This document shows positions 12,601 to 27,600 of a DNA stretch of 64,000 nt, piece after piece (position 1 is the stretch's first letter; the number at the start of each line of letters is the position of its first letter). Made by a program: the position numbers and the translations under genes. The DNA comes from Owenia fusiformis. Its lineage: Eukaryota. The notes beneath the pieces were generated by a model, which was given only the letters and a program-made list of their open reading frames with translations, made no database searches and was not told the DNA's origin. Location of the stretch: NCBI GenBank assembly GCA_903813345.2, contig CAIIXF020000001.1, positions 46,562,001 through 46,626,000 on the forward strand. Reading direction: 5' to 3'.

Positions 12601-15600
12601 ATATAGAGTTAGTCCTGCCTTCCTTGTCACTAAATAACAGAACTATCTGGCCATCAACAATTTGAACAGCAACAAACTCAGACTGCTCATCATTGGTGAC
12701 GTAAAATATCAGACCATTCTTGTAGTATGTACGGAACTCAACAGTCACATTGAAACTGAAAGAAACAAGAAAATTGAAAATACTGTAAAAAACACAAGTA
12801 TGTAAAATAGATAGAACAAATCTGAAAAATATCTAAGATTGAAATAAAATCAATGATTGTAATTTGTGAATAGGTTATAGTCTTCTCTTACTGATATTGA
12901 AATGAATACATATATTGGAAAATTTCTACATGTTTTTACTGAGGTGTTCCAAGTAGAAAGTCTGACATAATACCAAGACAGGATACAGTTGATTTACATC
13001 ATTTTATTTCACCCCTAAGGGAAAAGAAAACCCTTGAGGAAAATGAAATCATGCGTATACCATGCACATTTAGCCAATATGGCAACTAACCACATAGTAT
13101 AAAAACTACATAAGTGCTACCATGGCAAATACAAATACGTCACTGACATTACTTAAGGTAGGTAAAGAAGAATGTATAATTGTGAATAGCTAGGCTGTAT
13201 ACTAATGTCATGCACACAGTTGTCCCACCTTAAGTCCCACTGCAAAAAAGTTAAAATATTTTGCCTGTTCAAGTTCAAACACTACTAAGTGTAATATGCA
13301 TACACAGACATATATTTTTTAGAATACGTTCTACATATTAGGGGAGCCTGTGGCAATAAGGGCTAAAGGGCCAGACACAGGTGCTGGACCATTGTCTAGC
13401 CAGTACACATTGCTAGACATGTAAAAAGCATGTGCACTCCAAAATGCATATAATATTATAACCAGTACACATTGCTAAGTATGTAAAAAGCATGTGCACT
13501 TCATAAATGCATGGAGTATGTATAGTGTTAGTATACATCAATTTAAGTTTGTAACCAGTACACAGTACTAAACATGTAAAAAGCATGTGCACTTCAAAAA
13601 TGCATAGAATAATATGTATGCAATTTAAGTTTATAACCAGTACACAGTACTAATAACCATATTAGAAGCATGTGCCTTCAAAAATGCATGGAATATAAGC
13701 AATGTAATTTAGTAATAACCAGTAATCTGTACAGAACCTGTAAGAACCATGCATGGAACAAGTATTCAGTACTACCCCATACAATTACAGAACACTGCAA
13801 ATTGTTGCATATCAGAAGTCTTGCACCTAGCCCCAATTTCCTTCCATCCTTGGTCCAAAGACAGAGGTAGAAGGGGGAGGGATACTGGGGCTATATACAA
13901 TACTATTCATGTCAAATTAAAGTGCCATTACAATGATTGCATGCGCTAACATGAGAAATCATTGGGCATTTACAGCATACTTTACCTTGATTGAAGAGTT
14001 TCTCTAAATTAAATAACACATAAGATGTGTAATGTACTGTATGTTAAACAAACTGTATGATGGAAATAAAATAATTAAAGGTCAGGTTAGATGAATCATT
14101 CTAGGCCAAACTAAATGACATATAAAGGAAATAAAATAAATGATACAAGGCCAGTTTAAATGAATCATTCTAAGAAGTAAGAAGTCCAAGGCCAGGTTAA
14201 ATGAATCATAAAACGTTTTGTTCAATTAAATTCCCCAGTGACACTTTTGTAAATAAAAAATAAATAAATAAAAAAGGTTTGGCATTCCTCCCACCCGTTC
14301 TACACTCTTCCTCATCCTAATCTCAGGATATAAATGAGCTTTGTTTCATTGATTTGATAATCATGAATAATTATTGATAAAGGTTTCATTTATTTATCCT
14401 GGCCTAAAAGAATAACATTAAGTAATGTAGGATAGCAGACCTAAGTTCAATTTGATGCAGCATTGTGGACTTGCCTCATTTTGATATTTAAGATTTCTTT
14501 AATAACCATGACAATATCATGACATCATGTTTCATTTCGATCAAATTCTACTCACACACAGATGTGTGACGTACACACAGATGTGTGGCGTACACACAGA
14601 TGTGTGGCGTAATTGATACCAAGTAGAAATGGGGATAAAGGTATGCAATACTTCAGTTGTCACTATGACATAAAATATAGAGCCTCCCAAGGTCAGACTA
14701 TATTTGGAGAACTCAACATATATCTGTGTCATTACTTGAGAATAGGCTTGTAAATTCAGGAAAAACATTTTGTTAGTCTAAAACTTACTCTTTTCTGACT
14801 TTGGATCTGCGGACATTAATCTGTGCATGGCTGTTCTTTAGACCTAAGGCAACTGCAATGGGATCCACAGTATAGATGCCATCTTCAACTGGCACAATAC
14901 ATGACCTTGGGGGCTAGAAGTGAAAGATGTACTGTAAGTTAAATTTGCAACACATATGTAAAACAAATGTAATGTGCAATAGAGCATCTAGGTTTAAAAA
15001 TACATGTATACTAGATGTAATGTAGTATCTCTGTACTTTTTATGGGAAGTAACACTTTGTTATATCTTAGACAAATCTCTGACTTATTCCTTGTTAAATG
15101 TTGGTCCTCCTTATCCTTGTAACTCATCTTCCTAGAATCCTTAATGTGTCACACACAGGCAGGTCTTGACTCAAGACAGTTAATTAAAATAACAATTAAG
15201 TTATCAATAATTTGAATTTTTTTAATATTTTTTTTCAAATACACCAATCTCGTTCTTATATTATACATGGTATATTTAGTTCTTCTATATTACCTCAGTT
15301 GCTGGTTGTTCTGTTGTCCTGTCTATGATTGGTAATATAGAGGGTGCAGTGGTCACAGTGACAGGGGCAGCAGTTGTAAGTGTGGGACCGGTGGGAGCAG
15401 GGGCTGGCAAGGTCTCATTGAAGCCATATTCTAAACTCTGACATCTGCCCACATCTGCTTTCTCAAAACTAACTGCGTTCTCCAAGTATTTCATCCTAGA
15501 AAAAATATGTTTCAGTAAAGTTTATTGGCACTTTTAAAACTTTGTAAGTTCATAATCTCTTCTTCACTATGTTAAGGTAATGATTACAACTCCATCTGAA

Positions 15601-18600
15601 TCACACTACAAGTATACAGTATAAAACAAAGGACAATTTGGTTAATTTGACAACATATTCACTTAGATAAGTTAATCTGAGCTTATTAACTCACTTTGAA
15701 TTAATGACAACATCTCGTATACATCCTCTGAAAGGTTGTGCTGTGTCAGGAATCACATTTCCTGCAGGCCAGTCTTGGGGAACTCCACCTATATATAGAC
15801 CTTTTTCAGGGTCCCCTGAGATCTTGTTGTCACCTTTCCTTGGGATGAATGCATTGCCGACCCACTGGTCATCTATTATCAGCTGGATCCTGGAATAAAA
15901 ATGAGATGTGTGTAATGATAATGTGTGTAACAAAAAATGTGTGCAATAAAAATGTGTGTCATAAAAAATGTTAAAAAAAAGATGTGTGTAATAAAAATGT
16001 TTACATGGGAGGGTTCCAAATGCAGTTTCTCATCCACAAAAAATAATATAAATATGTCATCTATAAAGAACTTTCGCAGAAAGGAGAAAATCAAATAAAA
16101 GTACTTGTTATGTAACAGAAAGAAAAAAAATTGATAGAAAAACTGTGCAACGTTAAAACAAATTAGACTTGCTGATTTTCTCAATTCACCTAGCATCAAG
16201 CTGTATGAACTAAGATTTATTCAATTCAATTGAATTTTCATTCATACAGAATTACAATTGATGGTAGGTGTCAACATATATGATCTTTTACCCATGCATA
16301 AATTGGGAGTTGGTCAAGAACTATTCCTTACTGTCTACGTTGCTTCACTACAGACAAAGTGTGTAACTCTCCATCATTATAACGTTTGCTTGTTCCCATG
16401 CCAAACTGGCCTGTTCCTGGGTTAAAGGTTGCCACTGCATAGCCATCCCTAAGTGCTATGTAGAAGTTATCCTGAAAGAAGAGTATCTCAGTATGAAATA
16501 TTGATGATTTGAAGCAACATTACAGTATGTAATATCAAGTTTTTAAAATCCAAATTGGCCAATAACTCCAAATAATTTGGTCATCTGGTCATAAAGATGT
16601 GTTTCCTTATCACTAGAGTTTGGCTATTGAGCAAAACTGGCCCAGAGCTCTTTTCAATCAGCATGCATTACAAATAACAGAACTGGTGTATTATTCAATT
16701 CTGAGGCTGAATAGACCTGTTACATTGCCTCATATATAGACTCAGCCTCGCCTCAGTCAGAATTATTACTCACCCCCTCTGGTACAGGCTTTGAGACCAT
16801 CAGTATTGTATCTGGTTGGTACGTCTGGAATGTAAGTGATATGGTTGCATCCTTTGGTAAGTCTTCTCCAGGAATCTCAAGGAACCCAGTGCCAGGGAAT
16901 CCAACTACTCTTGATTTCTGAAAAGTAAAATGAAAATTCATGTCAAAGATATATGTATAGAGATAATCAGCTAAATGCTCTTGTAAAAATCTGGGCGTCA
17001 TTTGCAGAAATTTCGTAAAGTAAATAAATCATAATCAATTGTTGCAACCATGGATATAAAGAGCATCACAGTTAGAGAACAATGGACATTACAAATTACG
17101 AAGTTTTCTGTTAATGGCCCCCAGAATAACAAATCATTGACTTCTGATATCCACAATTATTTTTGATGTATGAGTAACAATCAGATTTTCTTAAATTATT
17201 TTGTTTTTATGTTTAGCTATTCTTCCAGCAATTTTGGACTGTGATTGCTTTTGATTAGGGAAGTGATGTGTTTAGCTACAATTTTTTGAGACTTCAAGAC
17301 ATTAATTGAGATGCTGGGAAATTGATTCCATATGACTGGTTATCCTCTGAAATATTCCTTTCTATACACGCTTTTCAATATTTTTACCTTTACCATCAAG
17401 ACATTTGTGCTTTTACATATTTTCTGTGAATAATGTGATAACTTATATATACTTACATCTCTACAGCCAGACTGCATGCCTATGTACTTGCCGTTGAGTA
17501 GATTGAGAGCAGTCAATCCCCTAGAGGTCACTGATATATCCCTCATACACCCAAGGAAACTCATCGCTGTCACATTGAATCTGAAATGTTCCAAAGAAAT
17601 TGTTTTGGCCCAGATATATCACCACATGAAGCTCTTTAAAAGATCTTTGAATATCCCATTCTAATACTTTTCAATCTTTACAAGGAAACTGTAAAACAAA
17701 CTTCTGTATGTATTATGATTCAAAGTGCCCCATAGTTAATTTATGAATTATTTGAAAAAGTGGAATGAGCCTGTGATCTATAGCTAAGGTAAACATAAGC
17801 CCCAGCTGGTGATTTTCAGCTTATAATGGAAAACAACATGACAACTCCATGATCAGTAAATCAAATCCCTACGATACATCCTGCAAGTGGCTATTAATGA
17901 CAACCACACCATTTCTCAATCAGACACAGAATGGATTAAATCGTGAGCAAGGAGGGGGCAGAGACAGTAAAGCCTTTAAGAACTTACTGTGCATCCTTCA
18001 CATTGAGAGAGATACCACCAAAGTAGAGATCTGCTGTCGAAATCTCAAGATCTGTTGCCTCACCAGTTGTATCTCCTCCTATCACCTCATCACCCACTGT
18101 AAGTTGACCTGTTGAGAGAGGTTGAAAAAAATTATGTGACAGAATTTGCCAATGGGCCACTAAATTATACTGCGAAAGCTAACCAGACAAAATTCCCTAA
18201 AAATTGCCATTTTATTCCTGAGTCCACCATTGAAATTTTGATGTGGACACGTTAGAAATTTGTAATATTTATTTTGCAATTTCTATAAGTCAGAATACAA
18301 TGAATGATGTGTATGAAGACCATACCTTTAGAGCCCTTTCTTGATGCAACTACCTTGACCCATTCGTTGGTGTTGTATCTTTTCTCAGTTATCATCTCAC
18401 CATATGATCCATCCCCAAAGTTATAGTGAAACTTCACGCGACCATCTATCAATTGTAATGATGCAAAGTTCCTCTACAAATGAAGAATATTCAATATTTC
18501 ATATATTCGTAAGCTATTTTATTCATTCATTCATCGTGGTACAACAGCTATGCCATCAACAGAGAGTCAACAGAGTCTGTATTTTTTTTAATTAATAGAA

Positions 18601-21600
18601 ATCATAAGGCAGGCTTACATCCCATGTGCATGTCTTAACTTTGCCATCAAATATATCAGAAAAAAAGAAGTACAAACCATACACAATAATTTAAAATATG
18701 GTTATTAAAAAACAAAAGCATACAGATGGTTTAGAAATATCTTACATAGACCTTAAATATAACTCCATGACAACTCTATGAATGAGTGATATCTATAGGA
18801 ACTTAAACTTCATATACAATATATATTCATACTGACATCCTATCCACACAGGCTTCAATATTATCGCACTTTGACCACCTTAAGGACTGAAAGTGTCCAC
18901 CTCTGCCAAAAATACTTTACTATATCATTACTTACGTTTGCCTCATTTCCCGCAAAGAACAACAAGGAATCATCCCAGAAACTCCTGAACTCCAATTTGA
19001 TACCTAAAGTATCAGCACGGAATCTCTGGAATGGCGGCATTGTCACATAACCTGTTCCATCAAACTGGTAGGTATTTGACGTCCCGGCATCAGACGATGG
19101 TCTGTAACAACAATGACTTCAATTAAACCCCAATTCATAAATAAACTAACATAACATAGTTTTTTTAGACATTCTTAAGAAATAAGTTTAAGGGTCTCCT
19201 AGTGGTGATATTTAGACTTAAAAAAATTGAAAGCATAATTCCTAACTAGATATACAATTTCACATTTCACATAGATTGAAGATTTATTGAACTTTCTCGT
19301 TATTAATTATCAGTTTTTGCAATTCAAGCTTGAAAGCTACATGCTTACCCTAAAGCCTCAATTGTTCACTCATTACTCACTTTGAATGTATACCAGCTAG
19401 GGTTCATTTGCACAAAAATTAAGAAAAACACAATCATGCACATTCAAATAAAAAAAAGTCCATCACCTCATTTTTCTGTTCAGTATTTAACCAATTGTTT
19501 TCTAAATAATTAGTTCTTCCAGTCCTATCCTTTTAAGGTGGCCCAGCACTCATAAAAATATTACATGCATAGTAATAGTATAATTGCCCAAAGAAACTTT
19601 AATTTTCATCAAACAAATATCAAAAAGTCTATTTTAAAACTCTCAAGGAACGAATACACACTGGCCTTCAGAATCAATATTAGAACATCTGATTAGGTAA
19701 ACTTGCTTAAATATGAGCAGCAGTAGTTACACTTTAAGTGATTGACTTATACTGTGCAGAGAAAAAATAAGCAACAAGTTCAACTTAGTTCTGTATGGAA
19801 CCTTATATTACTTAACAATACATTGAACAGCATACTGTATATATTATATATATTGTATTTTGATGTATATCGTGTAAGTATGGTTTCATTTCATAGGAAT
19901 TAAACCATAAATATCTATAAAGCAGTTGTAATGGGGCAGCTTCATGCTTTTACCACAAGACTGTTGTAATGTAGCCAGAAAAGAAAGATTTGTGAGAGAC
20001 AACTGGTGAACTATATATAAGTCCAGTTTTGCCTTCTTTTTGCAGGATAACAATAAAATCATGCATTTCTTATTGGATAACAGTCTTATTTCCCTACACC
20101 TCATTTCAAGCACCAGAGTGCACCCAGGCACACCAGAGTGCACCTTAGCACACCAGAGTGCACCCAGGCACACCAGAGTACACTTTAGCACACCAGAGTG
20201 CACCCAGGCACACCAGAGTACACTTTAGCACACCAGAGTGCACCTTAGCACACCAGAGTGCACCTTAGCACACAAGAGTGCACCCAGGCACACCAAAGTA
20301 CACTTTAGCACACCAGAGTGCACCCAGGCACACCAGAGTACACTTTAGCACACCAGAGGGCACCTTAGCGCACCAGAGTGCAGCTAAGCAAGCATGTTAA
20401 ATGCCCTACCTAACTAGGACTGAACTGACAGCCATTATGTCAATGGGTAAGTCTACCCCTTTAGGACTGGTTAAACAGAAATATGAATCAAGTTAGTTGT
20501 GAGAAGCGAGTTATAATTGTTCAAAACTATTAAATGTTAAGTATACAACACAACATACATATTCAATACTAATTGGGCATAACATTAAACTAAAATAAAT
20601 TGTTAAAGTTAAAACATGAATATTGGGTTACACATTAGTTATTTTATGTGCAGTCACATTGTTTTAATTGGTGCTTATTATGATACTTATACACATCTAT
20701 ATATGGTACATACGAGCTGCAAAACACAGATATAACAAACATATTGTCTATTTTCTAATTAAAAGCATGTGTCAAATAATTCAAACTCTAAAAATGGGTT
20801 AGAATGATGGTGTATGATGTACATGTATTAAAAAATGTTTCGAAAATTCCAATGATGTGTTAAATATCAAGATTACAGGATTTACAAAGATAGAATATGC
20901 TTCAATTTTGATATGATGATGAAAGATGTTCTTTAATTTACTAATTGATCATGGGTTTATAGGAGTCCAATGGACTAAATCAAAGGCCCCCTGCCATGCA
21001 CTACGGCCAGCTGCAAGCTGCTCAAACCACCATAAAGCAATGAAACTGACATCTATAAATTACGTCAAACTTAAAACACATCCACAGCTGACATCTATAT
21101 TCTAGGATACAAGTTAAAAGTATAACTTACACAGTTGTGCATCCGCCACATGAGTTTTGACCCTCGACCTCTCGGAAGTTGTATAGACCTATAGTTTTAC
21201 CATCCATTGTGACATCGCCAATACAACCAATGAAAGTGTTGCTTTTCAATGTGGAAGGAAGCTGAAATATGATAAAGAAAATATTAAAGGATAAATTGAT
21301 AAAAGAACAACAGTTAGTGTAAGACCAATCAATCCCAATTTCAAAATAGTACGCTATGATGAACTATCAATCCATCATCAACTAATCCTTTTAGGATACA
21401 CCATGGATTATTGACTGGCAATGACTACTTTCATTTCCCTCTGGGGAACATTGAAATATCCAACATGAGGTTGTGCCTTACACTGAAATCCTTTGGTACA
21501 CCACCAATGTAGAACAATCCATCAGAGTCTATGTCCATCCTAGTGTAGGTGGGGGGAGCAGTACCAGTTACTGTTTGTTGTTCATCTTCAGGTGTAGACA

Positions 21601-24600
21601 TCTTGCGTACACTCAAGGTTCCAACATTAGTGAACCTGCAATGGTGTTTGAATTATTTTACTTCAAAAAGTGATAATAAAATCATAATTGCATTTGTGTT
21701 ACATTCTTTTGTTGGGTTCAAAATGAAATTTTTTTTTTTTATTTATATCTGTGAAAGATTTACTCTTCCTTAGTTACTACATGTACATTATAAATACATG
21801 TACTGCTGCTAAATATTAATAACATGATCTTCTGGAAAAAATAAAATGTGATGCGAAAATTCCCACCTGTTGGCTTCTATGCGGTACCACTGAGCATTCT
21901 CATTGATGTCTTCATAATTTGCATTTTCAATCTCCAGTGGATGTTCCAGTATCTGAGAGCCTGCTCCATTGTCAAACATAAACCTGACCTTCTTGTTCAG
22001 TAGCTCTATAGCCATGTAGTCCAACTAGGAAATATACATACATCAATGGATGATTCTGAACATTAATTTTGAATGGCAAATACGAATTACTGTAAAGTAC
22101 ATATTTGGAGATCTTAATGCAAACAATAATTTTTAAGTTAAGCCTCAAGTTTAAAGCAAATTGAAGCATTGTTTCCTGAGTTATAGTTAAAAAGTGAATT
22201 TTCTGTAATAGAAATGGTGGCCATTTTGAATGAAAATAGGCAAGCTTTTCAACCATAAAAGTCACACATTTTTTCTTATTCTTATTGTTGATAAGCAAAA
22301 ATAACTTAAAACTGGAATCCTGTCAACAGAGATTTTAAAAAGTTCCACTATTGTTGACAGACAGATGGACAGATGGGGGATTGCAACTTCATATGCATAA
22401 TTGAATAAGCTTACTTCTTCGCCAGCTTTGTTGCTTTGGATATAAAACAGCAACATGTCAGTGCTTGAAGTGTTGGTCTTGAAGTGCATACTGATTGTGT
22501 TGGATGTACTTGGCCTGATGTCTGGCTTATAGGCCCTTACACATGATCCACTGGCTGCGATTGATGTCTTGATCTGTAAATATACACCACATATAGAGGC
22601 AAAATACATACACGTAGGTAAAGTACATAGGGCATAGACATAAGTCATATACAAGGTAGGTTATTCATATTCAATGGGAACATATTTACATACAAACCTA
22701 TACAAATATGTATGTATAGGTCTATTCAGCACTCAACATTTAATTGGGATGTTGTAGCTTCGATTGCAATTCACATCCAAGTGGAGTGACTTTTTACAGT
22801 CCTAACTACTTGAATAGTATTTGATCTATGTTTCAAAATGACCAACATAAGTAAAACAAATTGTTTGCGATTACAGATTTTTGAAATTCTCATGTACATT
22901 GTATTTTCAAAATCTACTCAAAATCAGGTAAAATTCGTAATCCTAAACAATTTGTTTTAACACTAAAACATATTACAACATAAATAATATATATATACTG
23001 TGCATAGGACACTTAGCATGAATCATATGCTTCACTTACAGTGTTGGCCTGTTGTCTGGCCTGCATGATTCTGTCTTTCAACTGCATTATATTCTTGTTA
23101 ATCTTGTTGTTCAGGATGCCCATTGTTTCAGCTTTCTCTTCAAGATCTTTGGTGATATTCTTGGCTTTGTTGAACTTCTTCACAGCATCAATCACTAGAG
23201 GGAAAATAGAAATACTATTGTACTGTATGCCATGTATTGCATTTTAATTTACTGTATTGTATTGTATGTCATGTATTGCACTTTATTTTACTATATTGTA
23301 TTGTATCATATGTATTGTATTGCATTTTTTTGAAATTGTTATGTATTGTATTTTATCATATGTATTGCAGTGCATTTTATTGAAATTGTTATGTATTGTA
23401 TTTTATCATTATGTATTGCATTGCATTTTATTGAAATTGTTATGTATTGTATTTTATCATTCTATTGCAGTACACCCCATCATATTTTACCTGTTTCCTC
23501 CATCTCATCAAATCCTCCAATGTCAATGTTCTTCAGAAGGTCCAGCTTTGGTTTCCATTGCTTCTCCATGTCATTGGTGATATTGTCAACTGTTGCAATC
23601 TTGTCATCAGATCTCTCCATGATATCTTCAGCATTCAGTTTAACATCTCCCAATATGACACTGAGGCCTGTAAGGTTTGACATGATGTTTTAAGATTTCT
23701 CGGGCAATGAGGACTTGAAAATGTTTCGTGACTTTTTTATGAATTTAATTGTGTCATTGAAGTATACATCCTTCAATATTGTGCTCTTTTTAATCAAGTT
23801 TAGTGTTTGTAATCTTCTTAAATCAATGTACTGTACCACTGTATGAAAAAGTGATTCAGAATTTCAGGAACGAAGACACTTTTTACAATTCAAAAGAGTG
23901 AAATATCGATTCTGTACAACACAGCATAAAAATACAGGATATATTTATATCACATGGGTCAATTAGATCACAAGAACAAAACACAGCTCAATAATTCAAG
24001 GAAATCATTACCATTTGTTTCATTGAGTTTGTCCATTTCATCATTGACATAGTCCACCTCAACCTTAACATTCTTTGTGGTCTTGTCAACAACAGCCAGG
24101 TTCTCTTCTGCAGTGACCAGCCTCTCACTGAAATCTACAGTATAGAAGAGATATTATTAGTTTTGTTAAACACTAGATAACTTGGGGTATATATGTCAGT
24201 TAGAAATTAAGTATACAACAATGATGGTGCATATGAATTTAGATAGTGTTGAGACAGTTTAAATAATGGAGAGGTTGATTTCATTTGATCCTTACAAAGG
24301 TGGACTGACTTTTTCACACCAGCCCTTAAACAGAATTGCATTCTGCGTTTTCAAATTTAAGTTTCTCCAGTCAATATAAGTGATACTAGCATTGTCAATA
24401 TACATTAATAGTCATAAAAGATTCAAATGTTTGGGAATTTGAATAAAAAATTTCTGATTTTAACAAATCATTAGAAAGAACATTCTGAATCAATATAAAT
24501 CCTGAAAAATGGTTTACAAATGCTGAGCAAGTAAGTCTGGAAAATCCAGAGCCTCGTCAATTTCAACCAACCTTCTGTGGCATTAAGATGAGCACTTGCA

Positions 24601-27600
24601 TTAGTCATCATGTCTTTACTCCTCTGCAGAGCTTTTGCTGCTTGTTCTCTAATGGTACCTTCTGGTTGCATCATTGCCTGGAGATTAAAACATGACACAT
24701 AACAGGGAGTCAAGCAGGGAGTTTAACTATATTACTAAGCTATATTACAAAACGAAAAAATTCTGTTTAATAAATCATGTTTTGCCCATACACTAAACAA
24801 CCAAAGTTCAGTATATACATTATACATGTGTTGTTTGTTTACATAAAGCTTTACTATAACGTAAATAAAAAAGTGTAAAGTAAAAGTAAATCACAGAAAG
24901 GTGTGACCCACCTGATCATGTGAGAAATCAGAAGCATCCTTTGCATCATTAGCAGCTGCCTCAGATTCGTTTATAGCTTTAATGATGTTAACATAAACAC
25001 TGGCTGCGGCAAGGGAATCTACGGCTGCATCCTTTGTTGGCTTGAAAAAGCTACAATCACAGCAGCATATGAAGGTTAATTAAGTTGTTTGCACTTGCTT
25101 TATGTTTATATACATGCATAATCAAATTAAATCATGAACATCTAGAAAATCATATTTCCCACCTTTAAGTAGCTAACATTAATTTCACATTCAAACTTCA
25201 TTAAAAGAGCCATGAAAATCCGAGATAATCATTTATCATAATCATTCATCAGTATCAGAACTGTAAATCCATCTGTTATAATCAGAGGGTGTGTGGCTAG
25301 CAGATGTGAGTTTGTGGTAACATTGTGGGAGTTTGTGATAACATTGTGAGAGATTGTGGTAACATTGTACTTACTCAGCAAGCTCATCTGCATATTTTTC
25401 CAAGTTAGCAGAGTGGTTCTGTGCCTCTTGCACCCTCTCTCTCATCTTAGGAATGTTCTGTTTAAGCAGTCCTCCCTTCTCAAACAACGCCTTGGACAAC
25501 TCTACCAACTCATTGCTCATCACACGTGACTCCTTTAAGGGAGAAGTTCATATTACATTGTTCGTTAATTGTTATATTGGTTTGTCTTATGAGTGCGCTT
25601 TTTGGATTGTGAACTGATTATCATTCCACAAAGCTGTTGTTTCAAACTTTGCACGAATACATAGCAAAATGTGAATATACAAGAAGAAGACTATAATTAC
25701 TGATCCTTACTTCATATGCCTTACTAGCATTATTCCACAACATATCCGCTGCATTTTCATTGAGCTCTTTTGCCATATCCAGCACACCGCGGACCATTGC
25801 TGAGTCATTATTAATTTGTTCAACCATATCCTGAAGCATCCCAAGATTGCGCTTATTCTGCTGAGTCATCAATTGAGTGACCATACTGTTGTTATTTGAC
25901 TCTGCTATGTGTTGTTTCAGGTCATTAATTTTGTCTAAGATGACGTTGTTTCGTTGCTTCACTCCTTCCAAATCTAGGTTGTCCACTGTGCCTAGTACAT
26001 TCTGTACATCTTTCAGTGCTTGCTGGGCTGCTCTGAAAATGGATTATGTGCCATGAGTACAAGCATTCAGTTAATATGTAATCACAAGTGCCCAAAGGGG
26101 AAAGACCAAAAAGTACTACTAAACACAGTGGGAAGAGGATAATGGAAAACGAGAAAAAGAAACACTCCAATATTATAAACTGTATGAGAACATAGCTATG
26201 AACAGTACACATTAACTCATAGCAGAACAAAGATGCTCATCATTAAATGAGAGCAATCCCTGGAGGCTGAGAATTACTATAAACTCAACAAAAATGCATG
26301 TAACTGAAAAACAGAGAGACCATGGGTGCATATCCTGAGGTTGTATGTAATCATATCTCAAAATCGCCTGGCTTCTGAATCGATGACATCTACCCCTTCT
26401 TATACCATACCACATTGTAGTACCAAATTAAATACGGTCACTTACTTGAGTTCAGTGTTCGCATCAGTTTCATCTGGGAAGAAATTTCGCTGAACAATCT
26501 CATCGAGAATCATTTCTGCTTCTCCTAGTGCCTTAGTCAGGTCAAACAGACTCTTGCTCTGGTTCTTCAACTGTGCATTCACTAGTCCTACAGCTTCCTC
26601 AACAGAAGCTAAAAGTATATACCAATTTAACATTTAAATCGATATGTCAGATAAAAGTCCCATTTTTGCAATCTCGACATTTCCATTATACAAAATAATC
26701 AATTTATATGTACGAGTATAAATGTCTAGAAACAAGTCATTAACCAGTCGAACATCTACTATTCTGAAGAATTTTGGCTGGTCCAAGTTGCATTTAGATT
26801 AGACAGGTTTAACTGTATCTAGATGAACACAATTATGACAACTCTACAAACAGTAAAACCTTTAATGTGGAATAATGTCGAACATTTTAAAGTCCCGTTA
26901 CTCAAAACTTTAATGTAAAATGAACCTCTCTCAGTCGAACACTTCCAAAGTGTACACTTTTTTTCCCAAATGAAACAGTATCTTCGGGTATCAAATAGGT
27001 TCCACTTTCACAGCTTTTACTGAATAACAACATTTTAGTGATAATACAGTATTCACCTCTCATTTCTGCATCCATCTTGTTGACATCGTTAAATATTGAC
27101 ATCGATTCATTTGCTAGCCTCTGGCCATCTAGAGCATTCTTTAAGGATTCTCCCCGCATAATTCTACTCTTGTTAAGGAGTGCTTCTGAATCTTCTTTCG
27201 CCTCTGTAAAATAAACAGATAAATATAACTAATATATATTTGATGATCAAATATATATTAAGAAAAATCACATAATATCAAATTTATCCCATGATAATTC
27301 AAACAGTTTAATATTTAATGTTAGAGGTTGTTTTTTTCCATGCATATGGATATCATATCAGTGACTAGTTGGTAATCAAATCAAAGTTGAAACAGACATA
27401 TGAGGTTAAATACATATGAAGTGTATATATTTAGAGGCATTATGTAAATGTGCATTTCCCTTTACCTGCAACGAGTGCACCTAAATCTCCCACACCAACA
27501 AACTTGGCTGCATCCAGAGTTTTTCTTATCCTCACTGACAAATTCTGGGCAGCAAACATTCGTTCCCATGGTAACAGTGCAACACCATCAAGATTGTTGG

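Noticed and set aside
14681..14915. 13-14-nt inverted match between the exon 51 acceptor region and the downstream intron
   Set aside because: Too short and imperfect to distinguish from chance; exon 51 is not frame-neutral.
20110..20385. Regular 20-bp repeats that might suggest a CRISPR array
   Set aside because: Units are contiguous with no unique spacers, in a eukaryotic intron, with no cas genes; it is a minisatellite.
27140..27160. Integrin-binding RGD motif in the laminin
   Set aside because: Sequence is RGE; I saw no RGD in the exons I translated.
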